A DNA stretch of 64,000 nt from positions 16,058,001 through 16,122,000 of the forward strand of contig OZ024742.1 in NCBI GenBank assembly GCA_964016885.1, written 5' to 3'. Below are positions 24,672 through 38,152 of this stretch, piece after piece. The notes below the pieces were generated by a model. The model was not told where the DNA came from. It ran no database searches and saw nothing but the letters and a program-made list of their open reading frames with translations. The translations under genes and the position numbers were made by a program. Source of the DNA: Eledone cirrhosa. Its lineage: Eukaryota. How positions within the stretch are numbered: the stretch's first letter is position 1; each line of letters begins with the position of its first letter.

Positions 24672-27600
24672 GTGTTAGCGGGGGACTGAATGGCATCTTA
24701 GACGCACGTTGGGACTATGTAGGAGCTTGTGATAATAGAGGGGGCAGGGGGTGTAATAGCCTCAAAAATCTCATCAGCCAATTCCAACTGGCAGATAGAT
24801 ATCGACTAGACTTCCCAACTGAACCACTGTGGACCTGGAGCAACCGCACTGGGTCTTCTAGATCGTATTTAGATAGATTTTTAATTAGACAGAATGATAA
24901 GGAAACATCAAGCTGTCCACAAATGCACATGGTTGCCCATTCAGACCACAAATTAGTCACCTGCGTAGTAAACCTTGATAGAACACATAGACAGGGACCC
25001 GGATACTGGAAGCTAAACATGTCGCTCCCGGGGCGTAAGGCCTACAGTAAACGGATTAGCACCTTAGTTAAGTGCCAGTTAACGGGAGCGATCATCAACA
25101 GGTGGTGGAGCTCTCTCAATAGAGCAATTAGAATAGAATCGATAGCATTTAGCAAGGAAGAGGCTTTAGACAAAAAAAACTGAAAAAGAACTGGGAGTTA
25201 AAATAGAAGAGGCACTTAGGAATGGCAGTACAGGTGACGTGCTAGCGGCGAGAACGGCACTAGACCAGGTTGTATTGTCAGCAGTAGAACACGTGCTCTA
25301 AGAAACAAGGGAGCCAAAGCTGTTAGCTGGGCCCGAGTGGCAGAGGCGAAAAGTGGCAATAAATCCACAATTCGGTCTTTGCAAAACAAAGATGAACGCA
25401 TTATACTTGAACCCAAGCAGATGTGCACGGCCTTCCAGCAGCATTTTGCATAACTGTTCGAGCAAGCGGTATGTCGAGGGAGATGATGGTCTTCAGCTTT
25501 TACCTCGACTCTCGAGCACGGATGCAGAGAGCTGCGAAAGGCCGATCACAGCGGGCGAAATAGAAGATGCCCTTAGGCCACTGCGGGAAACGCAAATCAC
25601 CCGGTTTAGAGGTCTACCCTATGAGTTTTACATAGGCATGCCAGACTTGTTCTCTGGCGTCCTCGAAGCGGTCTACTGCAACTGGCACCAGAACGAGAGG
25701 ATTCCCAGTTCTGTAGGCAGAGGCGCAGTAACACTGATCAGGAAAGATGAGAACAAGGGGGATGAGATAAGCAATTTCAGGCCCATAACTCTGCTCAACA
25801 CAGGGTTAAAGATTTTGGCCAAGGTGTTAGCAGCGAGAACCTGGTAGGGGAAGCCCAAACGTGTGCAATCCCGACCAGGTCCATACACGACAACCTCCAC
25901 CTCATGCGATACACCATAGAGAGGGTAGGGTGTAAACCTGGCATCGGTGGGGCTCTGGTCAATTTAGATCAGTCTAAGGCATTTGATAGGGTCGACCATC
26001 AATACTTGGAAGCGGTTCTCAAGGCAGCCGGCTTCGGTCCCATCTTCAGAGGCTGTATAGCTGCCATGCACACCAGCATCTGATCGGCAGTCAAGGTGAA
26101 TGGCTACCTATCAGAGCCATTCCAAATCATGCGCTCTAAATCATGCCCTGTCTCCTCCATTCTGTATGTACTGACTCACGAGCCGTTACTGCGGAAGATG
26201 GAGCTGTTGCAGGGAATCCCGATCGAACCAGGACTGCGGAAAGCAGCGTCGGCCTATGCCGATGGCATAACCGTAATGGTGTCGAAAACCTCGGAAATCG
26301 GGGTAATCGGCAACCTATTACAGGAATACGAAACGTTGACAGGAGCAAGACTAAACCCAAAAGTCTGTCGGTTTGCAACTCGGCACATGGAGAGGAAAAC
26401 CCATGCCTTCCGACAGTGTTGTTGGACGCTGGACGGAAGGACCGGTGAAATTGCTCGGGCTCTGGTTTGGTCCAGACCTCCAGGTGGACAAGAACTGGAA
26501 CGAGGTCGCGGCGAAGGTGTTTGCACTCCCCCAGAAGTGGGCTGAGTGCAAACTCTCCTTAAAAGGTCGAGCGGAGGTGGCGAACATTTACATAGCGTCC
26601 GTCATTTCCTACCGCTTGACAGTCGTGCCTCGCCCCCGCGAATACCTTACCAAAATGGAACGCCTACTCTTCAAGTTCCTCTGGAAGAAACAGGCTCCAT
26701 TGGTGAGGAGATCCATCTGCTGTCAACACCCTTCTAACGGAGGGCTGGGCATGCCGTAGCTGATGATGCGCAAACACGCGCTGAGGCTACGCCATCTCAG
26801 GTATTCCTGACCGGTTAACTGGTGTGGCTGTCGTTTGTGAGACAAGCTCTTCCACAACTCGTCTCACTAACAGAGCTGCAGTCCTGGGTCAAGCGAAGAC
26901 CGAAAATGGGTGCCTGGCACCTCGAGTGCCTACAGGCGCTCACAGCCCTCTATCAAGCGGAAACGGCAATCAGCGGAGACTCCACTTCGACATTCTATAG
27001 GGGATTAGTTGAGGATAAGTGCGACGACGTTCTCGGGGAAACTCTAGACATCGAGGAGGACGAACTGACCAGTCTGTTCGGGAGGACTTTCCGTCCAGGG
27101 CCTATGGATAACGTCCAGAGGTCTCTGGCCTGGCAGTGCTACCGAGGAACTCTACCAGTTCGAGACAAAATCTACAGGCACGGACGCCCTGGCAGAGATC
27201 CTGCCAAAAGGACCTGTCCAAAATGCGAGCAGGACATCGAAAACGTTCTGCACGAAATTGTTCAGTGCCCAGGGGTGACCGACTTGAGGAATCATGTCGA
27301 ACAGCTGCTGTCACGTGTGGGACGCATCCAGTTGTCAGCCGAGTCCATCGTGAGGATCACCCCACCGCCTTTATTTAAGAACGAAGGAGAGGCGGTTTTC
27401 CTCTGTCTGGTGGCTATGGGGAAAGAGGTAATATGGTGGACGAGGTTAAAAGGACTGAGGGCAAACACCTTTCTCTCCGGACAACAACTTATCCCCTTCT
27501 TTAAGTATCACTTCAGAAGGAAGGTGAGAGTGGAGAGAGAGGTGCTACACCCCAGTAAATTTGCTGGTGGGTGAATGTGGCGAAAATGGCCCGAGTGAAT

Positions 27601-27876
27601 GGGCCTTCTCTGTATATAAACTTGTAGGTTGAGGAAGATAAACAGAGGGAAGACAGGAACACCTACAAAACGTGTTCCTGGTGTTGAGGGCTGTTCTATC
27701 CACGGGGTGTAAAACAACCCTGCAGTAACGTTCCCCCTATTGGAGATTTCAATTGTTATTTTATTATATATAGTTTATTGTTATTTATTAATGTTAAAGT
27801 TATTTTTATGTAAAACCCCCGCCGTCACGTCTTTATTGTCCCATTTTTGTACGCCCCTGTGGCAAATAAAGAAAGA
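24672..27876 (+). mobile_element. Tx1-type LINE copy 2 (divergent subfamily), truncated within APE
   Basis: Starts at the GDxNG-equivalent motif; same domain order; ends aataaagaaaga followed by (TATC)n 27877-27968. Confidence 0.92.
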
Positions 27877-27969
<93 letters not shown>

Positions 27970-28192
27970 CTCTTTACGATGGACACATGTGTTGAGCTCG
28001 CTCGGTAAGTTTTGTTTAAATTCATCCGGAAATTGTAAACTGTAAACTTTCATTTTTGTACCATTTTGTAGAGGGACTGCCAGGTCAAATTTTGATCTGG
28101 TCGGTCTCTCAAAATATTCTGCGCCTTTGGGCGAAATAGTATTGTAAACATTTTATCTTTCGAAAAACTTCGAAAAACCCTATTTTGAGAAA

Positions 28193-30070
28193 ATGGCTGA
28201 AGCATCTTCACCATCAATCAAAGAAGGAAAGGGGAAGTCATAATCACAGCTTCCCCCTGCCACTGTCACAGCAGCAGATGCCAAAGGCAGAGGTCAGAGA
28301 GAGGAAGAATTGTCTTCACCTGTTGACCGACCACTAGATGTAGCCACAACTATACAAGAAATTGAAAACAACAACAACAACAACGACAACAACAGCAACA
28401 ATAAAGACAACAAAAACAACAACAACACAAACGTCACAAGTATCCACACACCAAACGAGAAAGACAACTACAATAACAAAGATGAAAACAACTCAAACGA
28501 CGAAAAACAAAACAATACAAACACCAACAACGAAAACAAAATATCTTTTGCACAAACGGCTAAATTATCAATCACGTATGTGCTGGAAGATATTTCAAAA
28601 GCAAAAGAAATGCTGGAAAAAGCCAAGAAATATGTATCTTTTGGCGAAAACAGTTCGTTTTCTATAAATTCACCCCCAGAACTAAAAAAACAGACGGAAT
28701 TACGAACTGTCGTATTCCGTACAATTTTAAATAAAACAAAAAAACCAGCACAACCATCTCAAGCTGAAATTCAGTTAGTACTGAAAGAAGCGATGAGAGA
28801 CATCACTTTCATACAAAAGGATAAACTCTATGGGAGTTTATCCATATTGATGAAAGACGAATTGGCGGCGAAAAAATACTCTGTGTCGCCAATTCGGTCC
28901 ACACACTACACCTTCTTCCCCACCTACATGGGTAAAAAACCCCAGAGGATATGGATAACCACCATCATCCCAAACATAAACTACTGGGGGCTACTAACCG
29001 GTTTCCTCAATTTAGACGAGGACAACCTCATTTCAATAGGGAAGGCATCCGGCGACGCGTTCAGTGGAACGAGCATCGAAGTTCTGACCCAAATAAGGCC
29101 AGAACGTATCGCCCAAATCCCTGAGCGCGTCATGCTGGATGACCGTACCCACCTCAACATTATTGTGGAGGGTAGGCGTCCCTCCTGTTACCTCTGTGGC
29201 AATAGAGGTCACCTGAGGGCTGCCTGTCCCCAGCTCACACAGAAAAAAACACTGCTACCAACACCAACACCACCCTAACAACAACAACAAAAACAACCAC
29301 AACAACAACAACAACAAAAACCAACAACACCACCACCACCACTACCACCACCACCACAACAACAACAACAACAAACACGTGAACAAATGACACAGAATAC
29401 TGTCCCACCCAATCCCTCCCCACCCAAAACAAATACAAAAACACACACACTGCAAACACTACCAGAAAACATACCCCTCCCACCCAACAAGGAAGACGAA
29501 CCCCTTTCGTCGCAAGACGAAAAAGATCCCTTCCAACAAGTAAAAAGAAAGAAGAGGAGACGCACCACAGACACACATGTTAACTTTAACCCCCCCCCCC
29601 CCAAGAGAACACAAACTACACACAAACCACCCCTCCCTGTCACACAACACTAACTGCTACACAAAAAAAGACCTTACAATATACATACATGAACACAGAC
29701 AACAAAGAATTACGGAAAACAATTTCAGCAAACCCTTCGGTCCAAACTGAAGGGCCTAACTTTATAACTGCTGTGGGACTACCTCATTTAAAAATGATAA
29801 AAGTCCCAATGAACTTGTACAAAACACTGAAAATAAATTTCACGGAGGACGTGCCCCCCCCCCCCCCCCCCCCCCCCGCTGCGCCAAACCAATCAACCAC
29901 GTCCTCCTAAAAAAATCCCCCCCCCGACCCAGACACCCACTCAACCACAAACACCCCAACCCCACAACACACCGATGCCCCTTCACTTCCACAAACCACC
30001 CCCACCCAACAACCCATCCCCAACCAGCATGGAAATTGAGCGGCCCGTTTCCCGGGACGCAGAGAGGTAA
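28193..30070 (+). pseudogene. Tx1 ORF1 (gag-like, CCHC knuckle), disrupted
   Basis: ATG at 28193, early stop, open 28310-29278 with CYLCGNRGHLRAAC, then low-complexity Thr/Pro segments, basic KRKKRRR, ending MEIERPVSRDAER* at 30070; 3' half homologous to 20371-20963. Confidence 0.75.
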
Positions 30071-30094
30071 GTGCCTTTTCTCCTTACCACCAAC

Positions 30095-33000
30095 ATGGTT
30101 GTGCTAAGAGTAGGGTGTCTTTGACGACTTTGAGATGCACGCATCTCTCTGTCAGCCCGGAGGTGGGGGTGGGGTTGTCGTTCTGCTGCAAAAACATCTG
30201 GGCCTTGCAACACAGATAGTTCACTTGGACCCAGGGCGTCGACTGGTGGTGCTGGACCTTGGCAGTGGTGAAGGTGGAGCCTTTAGGCTGGTAGCCGCAT
30301 ATGCCCCTTTTGGGACAGAGCGGCCTGACTTTTTCCAGCGTCTGGAGTCTTTTCTAGGGACGTCCCGTTCCCTGCTTTTAGTGGGGGATTGGAATGGTAT
30401 CCTGGATGCACGTTGGGACTATGCAGGGGCATGTCCCGATAGAGAGGGGTGCAACAGCCTCAAGGGGTTACTCGGCCGATTTGACCTGGCCGATAGATTT
30501 CGACTAGATTTTCCAACGGTGCCAACCTGGTCTTGGTCAAATCGCAGCGGATCATCTAGATCGTACCTAGATAGATTTTTAGTTAGAAATAAGGACAGGG
30601 ACATTTTAAGTTGTCCAGAAATGCTCATGGTTGGCTATTCAGACCACAAGTTGGTGACCTGCATGGTCAACCTTGATAGAACGCATAGACAGGCCCCCGG
30701 TTACTGGAAGCTCAACTTGCCGGCAAGTAGAGCTTACAGGGATCGGATTAGTACGTTAGTTAAGGAACGGTTGACTGGAGCGATCGTCAACAGCAGGTGG
30801 TGGGTATCTCTAAAGCGAGAGATTAGAGTAGTCTCGATAGAATTTAGTAAGGTTCTAGCTGCGGATAGGAATAGGAAGGAAAGGGAGCTAATAGATAGAG
30901 TAGAAGAGGCAATTAGAAGCGGCGACGTGGCCAGAGTGCTAGCGTCGAGAACGGCTTTGAGCCAGTTTTTCGACGCGAAGCACGAAGGCTGCGTTGTCCG
31001 AAGTAAAATACGTGCTCTAGGGAACGAGGGGACCAAAGCTGTTAGCTGGGCCCGCGTGACAGAGGCTAACAGTGGAACTAAATCAACCATCCGGTCTTTG
31101 CGAGACCTGGATGGACGGGCGATTCTTGAGCCTAAGCAGATGTGTGAGGCCTTTCAAAGGCACTTTGCCCGACTGTTCGGGAGGGGCGGGGAGCCGGTTG
31201 GGAACGTGGACTTCGGTCCATACCTCGACGGCCTGCCGCGTCTCTCGGACAGGGAGGCGAAGTCCTGCGAGGAGCCGATTTCGGCCGCTGAGATAGAGGA
31301 CGTGCTGAGCCAATGCGGCAAACGCAAATCCCCGGGTCTCGATGGTCTTCCTTACGAATTATATCTAGCTATGCCGGACTTGTTCCCCGATCTCCTCGAG
31401 GCGGTCTACTGCAACTGGCAACAGAACGGGAGAATTCCCTGTACTGTGACCAAGGACGTAGTCACGCTAGTGAGGAAGGACGAGAACAAGGGGGACGAAA
31501 TAAGTAACTTCAGGCGCATAACTCTGCTAAATACAGAGTTACAGATTTTGGCCAAGGTGCTAGCAAAGAGGTTGGCGCTTGTCGTGGGCAACCTGGTGGG
31601 AGATGCGCAGACATGCGCTATCCCGTCCAGGTCCATCCATGACAACCTCCACCTCATGCGATACATCATAGAGAGAGTTGGGAACCAACCCGGCTTTGGT
31701 GGGGCTCTGATCAACTTGGATCAATCTAAGGCGTTCGATAGGGTCGACCATGGTTACCTGGATGCGGTGCTAGCGGCGGCAGGCTTCGGACCCGTTTTCA
31801 GGGGCTGGATCACTGCTATGCACAGCAGCCGCATCTGCTCTAGGGTCAAGGTGAACGGCTACTTCTCGGAGCCGTTCAAAATCGCGCGGTCCATCCGACA
31901 AGGGTGCCCTCTCTCCTCCCTTCTGTATGTGTTGACTCTCGAGCCACTACTGCGGAAGTTGGAGTTGTTGCAGGGCATCCCTTTGGAACCGGGATTGCGG
32001 AAAGCGGTGTCGGCCTACGCCGATCACGTGACAGTAATGGTGTCGACGGCCTCCGAAATCGAGGCGGTCGGCACCTTACTGGAGGAGTACGAAAGGTTCA
32101 CAGGGGTTAAGCTGAACCGGGACAAGTCGATCGGTTTGCAACTCGGCACGTGGAGGGGCAGACCGATGCCCTCCGATGTCGTCGTCGGACGCTGGACGGA
32201 GGGCCCGGTGAAGTTGCTAGGGGTCTCGTTCGGACGGGACCTCGAGGTGTAGAAAAACTGGACGGAGGTTACGAACAGGGTGTTTGCACTGACCCAGAAG
32301 TGGGCCAGTTGCAAACTATCCCTGAAAGGTCGGGCGGAGGTGGCGAACACCTATATAGCGTCCGTCATCTACTACCGCCTGACCGTAGTGCCCTGCCCAA
32401 GGGAAACCCTCGCCAAGATGGAGCGCGCGCTCTTCCAATTCCTTTGGAAGAGGCGGGCTCCTATGGTGAGGAGATCCATCTGCTGTCAACACCCTTCGAA
32501 AGGAGGGCTGGGGATGCCATGGCTAATGATGCGTAAACACGCATTAAGGCTACGGCACCTCTACGTATTCCTCACCGGTCAACCGGTGTGGGCCTCGTTT
32601 GTGAGACGAACCTTTCCCAGACTCGTCTTACTCATCGAGCTGCAATCCTGGGTCAAGCAAAGACCGAGAAAACTGGGCGCCTGGCACACTGAGTGTGCCC
32701 AGGCGCTCACCGCCCTCTGGCAGGCGGATCCGGTTATCAGTGGAGACTCCACCGCAACATTCTATAGAGGGCTGGTACGCAGCAGGTGCGACGACGCCCT
32801 CGGAGAAGCCCTAGACATGGAGGAGGACGAACTGGCCAGCCTGTTCGGTAGGACATTCAGCCCGGGACCTATGGACAACTTCCAGAAGTCCCTGGCCTGG
32901 CAGTGCTACCGAGGGGCTCTACCCGTTCGAGAAAAGCTCTACAGACACGGGCGCCCGGGTAGGGACCCCGCCAAAAAGATCTGTCCCAGATGCGTGTGCG

Positions 33001-33397
33001 ACGAGGAAACCGTTGCACACGCATTGGTACACTACTCGGGCGTAGCCGATCTGTGGGGCTATGTCGAACAACTGCTGTCAAGGGTGGGACCGATCGGTTG
33101 ACCACCGAGTCTATTGTAAAGATCAAGCCACCTCCCCCCTTCAAAGATGAAGGAGAGGTGGTGTTTCTGTGCGTAATAGCCATGGTGAAAGAAGTTGTAT
33201 GGTGGACACGTCTGAAAGGACTGAGGTCAGGCACCTTTCTCTCTGGCCAACAACTGGTCCGTTTCTTCCGATATCATTTCGGAAGAAGGATCAGGATGGA
33301 GAGAGAGGTGCTCCACCCCAGTCGTTTTTATGAAAGGTGGGTGAAAGTGGCGAGAATGGCCCGTGTGAATGGGCCTTCTCTTTACATAAGCCTGTAG
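30095..33397 (+). pseudogene. Tx1 ORF2 (APE-RT-CCHC), disrupted
   Basis: 705-aa open stretch 30135-32252; 127-nt deletion after 30120, stop at 32250-52, frameshift near 33095; catalytic motif reads YADH. Confidence 0.9.
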
Positions 33398-33661
33398 GTG
33401 GAAAGGAGGAAGGAACGAGGGAGCACCCCCTCTCTGTGCTCCTGAGGAAAAGGGTTGCACACTTTTTTCGGGGGTGTGTGCGACCCCCCAAGGCGCCTCC
33501 TCTCTATTGAGGATTTTGTTATGAATTTTATTTTTTGTTATATTTTATTTTATTTTTATATATTGTTATTGCCTCCTCCTTATTGAGGACGCCTTTTTGT
33601 GTAAACTCCCCCCTTTGTACTTGTCCCACTTTTGATGCCCTGGTGGCAAATAAAAGAAACA

Positions 33662-33723
<62 letters not shown>

Positions 33724-33769
33724 CCTATCTATCTATCTATCTAGCTATCAACCTCCCTTTCTCTGTAGC

Positions 33770-35986
33770 AATGCCAGACTTGTTCTCCGGACTCCTGGAA
33801 GCGGTCTACAGCAACTGGCAGCAGAACAGGAGAATTTCCAGTTCTGTAACCGGGGGCGTAGTCACGTTAGTCAGGAAGGACGAGAATAAGTGGCATGACA
33901 TAGGCAACTTCCGGCCCATAACTCTGCTAAACACAGATTTACAGATTTTGGCCAAGGTGTTGGCAAAGAGGCTGGCGCTTGTCGTCAAAAACCTGGTGGG
34001 AGAAGCGCAGACATGCGCAATCCCGACCAGGTCCATACACGACAATCTCCATCTCATGTGATACATCATAGAGAGGGTAGGGTGTAAACCCGGCTTCGGT
34101 GGGGCCCTGATCAATTTGGATGAGTCTAAGGCTTTCGATAGGGTTGACCATCGTTACCTGGATGCGGAACTCGAGGCGGCAGGCTTCGGACCCATGTTCA
34201 GGGGCTGGATTGCTGCAATGCACAGTAGCAGCATCTGCTCAAGGGTCAAGGTGAACGGCTACCTCTCGGAGCCGTTCCATATCACGCGATCCATCCGACA
34301 GGGATTCCCTCTCTCTCCCCCTCTGTACGTACTGACTCTCGAGCCACTACTGCGGAAGTTGGAGTTATTGCAGGGCATCCCTTTGGAACCGGGACTGCGA
34401 AAAGCGGTAATGGTGTCGAGCACCTCACAAATCGGGGAAGTCGGCACCTTACTGGAGGAATACGAAAGGTTCACAGGAGCGAAGCTGAACCGGGACAAAT
34501 CCGTCGGTTCGCAACTCGGAACGTGGAGAGGCAAACCGATGCCTTCCGATGGTGTCGTCGGACGCTGGACGGAAGGACCGGTAAAGCTGCTCGGGGTCTG
34601 GTTTGGTCCGGACCTCCAGGTGGAGAAGAACTGGAACGAGGTGACGGCCAAGGTGTTTGCGCTCACCCAGAAGTGGGCCGAGTGTAAACTATCCTTGAAA
34701 GGTCGAGCGGAGGTGGCGAACACTTTTATAGCGTCCGTTATCTACTACCGCTTGACCGTTGTGCCTTGTCTACCCAAAATGCTCACCAAAATGGAGCGCG
34801 CGCTCTTCCAATTCCTTTGAAAGAGACGGGCTCTTTTGGTGAGAAGATCCATCTGCTGCCAACACCCTTCAAACGGAGGGCTGGGGATTCCGTGGCTGAC
34901 GATGCGCAAACACGCGCTTAGGCTGCGGCACCTCCACGTATTCCTCACCGGACAACCGGTGAGGTGAGCATTCCCACGACTCATCTCGCTGACCGAGCTG
35001 CAGTCCTGGGTCAAGCAAAGACCGAGTAAAATGGGCGACTGGCACATCGAATGTGCTCAGGCGCTCACAGTCCTCTGGCAAACGGACCCGGCAATCAGTG
35101 GAGATTCCACTTCGTCATTCTATAGAGGGTTGGTCCGCAGCAAGGGCGACGACGCGCTCGGAGAAACTATAGGCGTAGAGGAGGACGAACTGGCCAGTCT
35201 GTTCGGTAGGACCTTCCGCCCGGGACCGACGGACAACTTCCAAATGTTCCTGGCCTGCGTGTGCTACCGAGGAGCTCTACCAGTTCGAGACAAGCTCTAC
35301 AGACATGGGCGCCCGAGCAGGGACCCTTCGAAAAAGATCTGTCCGAGATGCGTGCGCGGCGAGGAAACCGTCGCGCACGCATTTGTACACTGCCCGGGCG
35401 TTACCGACCTGTGGGGCTATGTAGAACGACTATTGTCGCGGGTGGGAGCAATCCTGTTGACTACCGAGTCCATTGTCATGATCAAACCGCCACCTCCTTC
35501 AAAAACGAGGCAGATGCGGTTTTCTTATGTGTTATGGCTATGGTAAAAGAGGTTATATGGTGGACGAGGTTAAAAGGGCTGAGGTCAGACACATTTCTCT
35601 CCGGCGAACAACTGATTCGTTTTTCAAATATCATTTTGGAAGAAGAATCAGGATGGAGAGAGAGGTGCTGTACCCCAGCACATTTTATAAAAGATTGGTG
35701 AATGTGGCAAAGATGGCCCGAGTGGTTGGGCCTTCTCTCTATATAAGCCTGTAGGTTGAGGAAAAAGAGGAAGAGATGAAGGGAGTACTCACTCTCGGTG
35801 CTCCTGGAGATGAGGGTTGTACATTTTTTCGGGGTGTGTACAACCCCTGTGTAACACCTCCCCCCTATTGGGGATTTCATTTGTTATTTGTTATTGTATT
35901 AATAGTTTTATTTTCATATACCTGTATGTAAATTCCCCATTTGTATTTGTCCCCTTCTTTTGTGCCCTTTTGGCTAATAAATAAAT
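33770..35986 (+). mobile_element. Tx1-type LINE copy 4, truncated at start of RT
   Basis: Begins MPDLFSGLLEAVY; in-frame loss of the YADx motif; ends aataaataaatt + (TATC)n 35988-36060. Confidence 0.92.
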
Positions 35987-36060
<74 letters not shown>

Positions 36061-36061
<1 letters not shown>

Positions 36062-37060
36062 ACCGAGAAAACTGGGCGCCTGGCACACCGAGTGTGCCCA
36101 GGCACTCACGGCTCTCTGGCAGGCGGACCCGGCTGTCAGTGGAGAATCCACCTCGTCATTCTATAGAGGGCTGGTGGTTAGCAGGTGCGACGACGCCCTC
36201 GGAGAAGCCCTAGGCATGGAGGAAGACGAACTGGCCAACCTGTTCGGTAGGACATTCAGCCCGGGACCCATGGATAACTTCCAGAGGTCCCTGGCCTGGC
36301 AATGCTACAGAAGGGCTCTGCCCGTTCGAGAAAGGCTCTACAGACACGGGCGCCCGGGTAGGGACCCATCGAAAAAGATCTGTCCCAGATGCGTGTGCGA
36401 CGAGGAAACCGTTGCACACGCATTGGTACACTGCTCGGGCATTGCCGATCTGTGGGGTTATGTCGAACAACTGCTGTCAAGGGTGGGACCAATCCGGTTG
36501 ACCACCGAGTCTATTGTAACGATCAAGCCGCCTCCCCTCTTCAAAAACGAAGGAGAGGCGGTGTTTCTGTGCGTAATAGCCATGGCGAAAGAGGTTGTAT
36601 GGTGGACGCGTCTGAAAGGACTGAGGTCAGACACCTTTCTCTCTGGCCAACAACTGGTCCGTTTCTTCCGATATCATTTCGGAAGAAGGATCAGGATGGA
36701 GAGAGAGGTGCTGCACCTCAGCCGTTTCTATGAAAGATGGGTGAAAGTGGCGAGAATGGCCCGTGTGAATGGGCCTTCACTCTACATCAGACTATAGGTG
36801 AGGAAGATGAAAGACCAAGGGAGCACCCCTTCTCTGTGCCCCTGAGGAGAAGGGTTGCACACTTTTTTCGGGGGTGTGTGCGACCCCCCAAGGCGCCTCC
36901 TCTCTATTGAGGACTTTGTTATAAATTTTATTTTTTGTTATATTTTATTTTATTTTTATATATTGTTATTGCCTCCTCCTTATTGAGGACGCCTTGTTTT
37001 GTAAACTCCCCCCATTGTACTTGTCCCACTTTTGATGCCCTGGTGGCAAATAAAAGAAAC
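36061..37060 (+). mobile_element. Tx1-type LINE copy 5, 3' 1-kb fragment
   Basis: CCHC domain ORF 36174-36797; 3'UTR nearly identical to copies 1 and 3; followed by degenerate (TATC)n. Confidence 0.92.
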
Positions 37061-37674
37061 ATATCTATCTATCTATCAACCTCCCTCTCACTGTATCTAT
37101 CTATCTTTCTATCCATCTATCTATCTATCTATCTATCAACTTCTCTCTCACCCTCTCTCTCGTTCTCTCCCTCTTTCTCTCTCTCTCTGTATCTATCTAT
37201 CTTTCTATCCATCTATCTATCAATCTCTCACTCTCATTCTGTCTCTTCCCCCTCTCACTCTAGACAGATAGACAGAAACAGCCTCTTTTGTTATACATCT
37301 AAATCTTCGCTGCAAGTATATATCTATCAATATTCTTATCGATCTCTCTACTCACACATATGATCTGATGTTCAGTTTAAAGTAACTATAGACATTACTT
37401 AGAAGTATCTCAAGATAGTTATTGGTGTTCTCTGAAATATTATTTTCTGGCATCCTCACCTTTCAAGCTTTTTCTCTGAAAAACCGGATCAGATGAATTT
37501 GAAGAATTCATTTCGTGTATTTCAATAAGAAATAGTTTTAGCCTAAAGTTAGTTTCGGTTTCAAAGATGATTTTCTTACATACATACATACACACATACA
37601 TACATACATACATACATACATACATACATACATACATACATACATACATACATACATACATACATACATACACA

Positions 37675-38056
37675 CATGGTGGCTGCCAACTCGTTTTCGA
37701 CTGCACAAAGCCAGTCCCACTCTCTTAACCAAGATGATATTTACCAAAAAGAAGAACAAGTCAACATCATTGGATACCATCAGGGTTGCAGGTGTTATAT
37801 CAGAGTTTTCCTTCTCCTAGAATTCTGCCTTGACAAAGGTTAAGGGGTATTCTCTCCCGGTGATTTTGGATGGCCATTGACTCTTAAGAGCTCTTTTTCC
37901 CTTTGACAGGTTTTGTTTTTAGTCCTACAGGATGTTCAAAGTCACCCTCCTCACCAAGAAACCTTGGTGGGGTTGCCAGTTTAGTCGGCAACGACCCGAC
38001 CATGATATAGGTTGTACTGGGATACATGTTACCAGTAGCACCAACTGGTGACCTGA
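37675..38056 (-). mobile_element. Short RTE-derived bipartite element (more deleted copy) in (CATA)n
   Basis: Matches 38153-38178 joined directly to 38405-38760. Confidence 0.65.
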
Positions 38057-38152
38057 CATACACACATACATACATACATACATACATACATACATACATA
38101 CATACATACATACATACATACATACCTACATACATACATACATACATACATA

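Larger units (their letters stand above)
27970..33660 (+). mobile_element. Tx1-type LINE copy 3, near full length (5'UTR, ORF1, ORF2)
   Basis: ORF1 with zinc knuckle, ORF2 in pieces 30135-32252, 32280-33101 and to 33397; AATAAA; (TATC)n on both sides. Confidence 0.93.
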
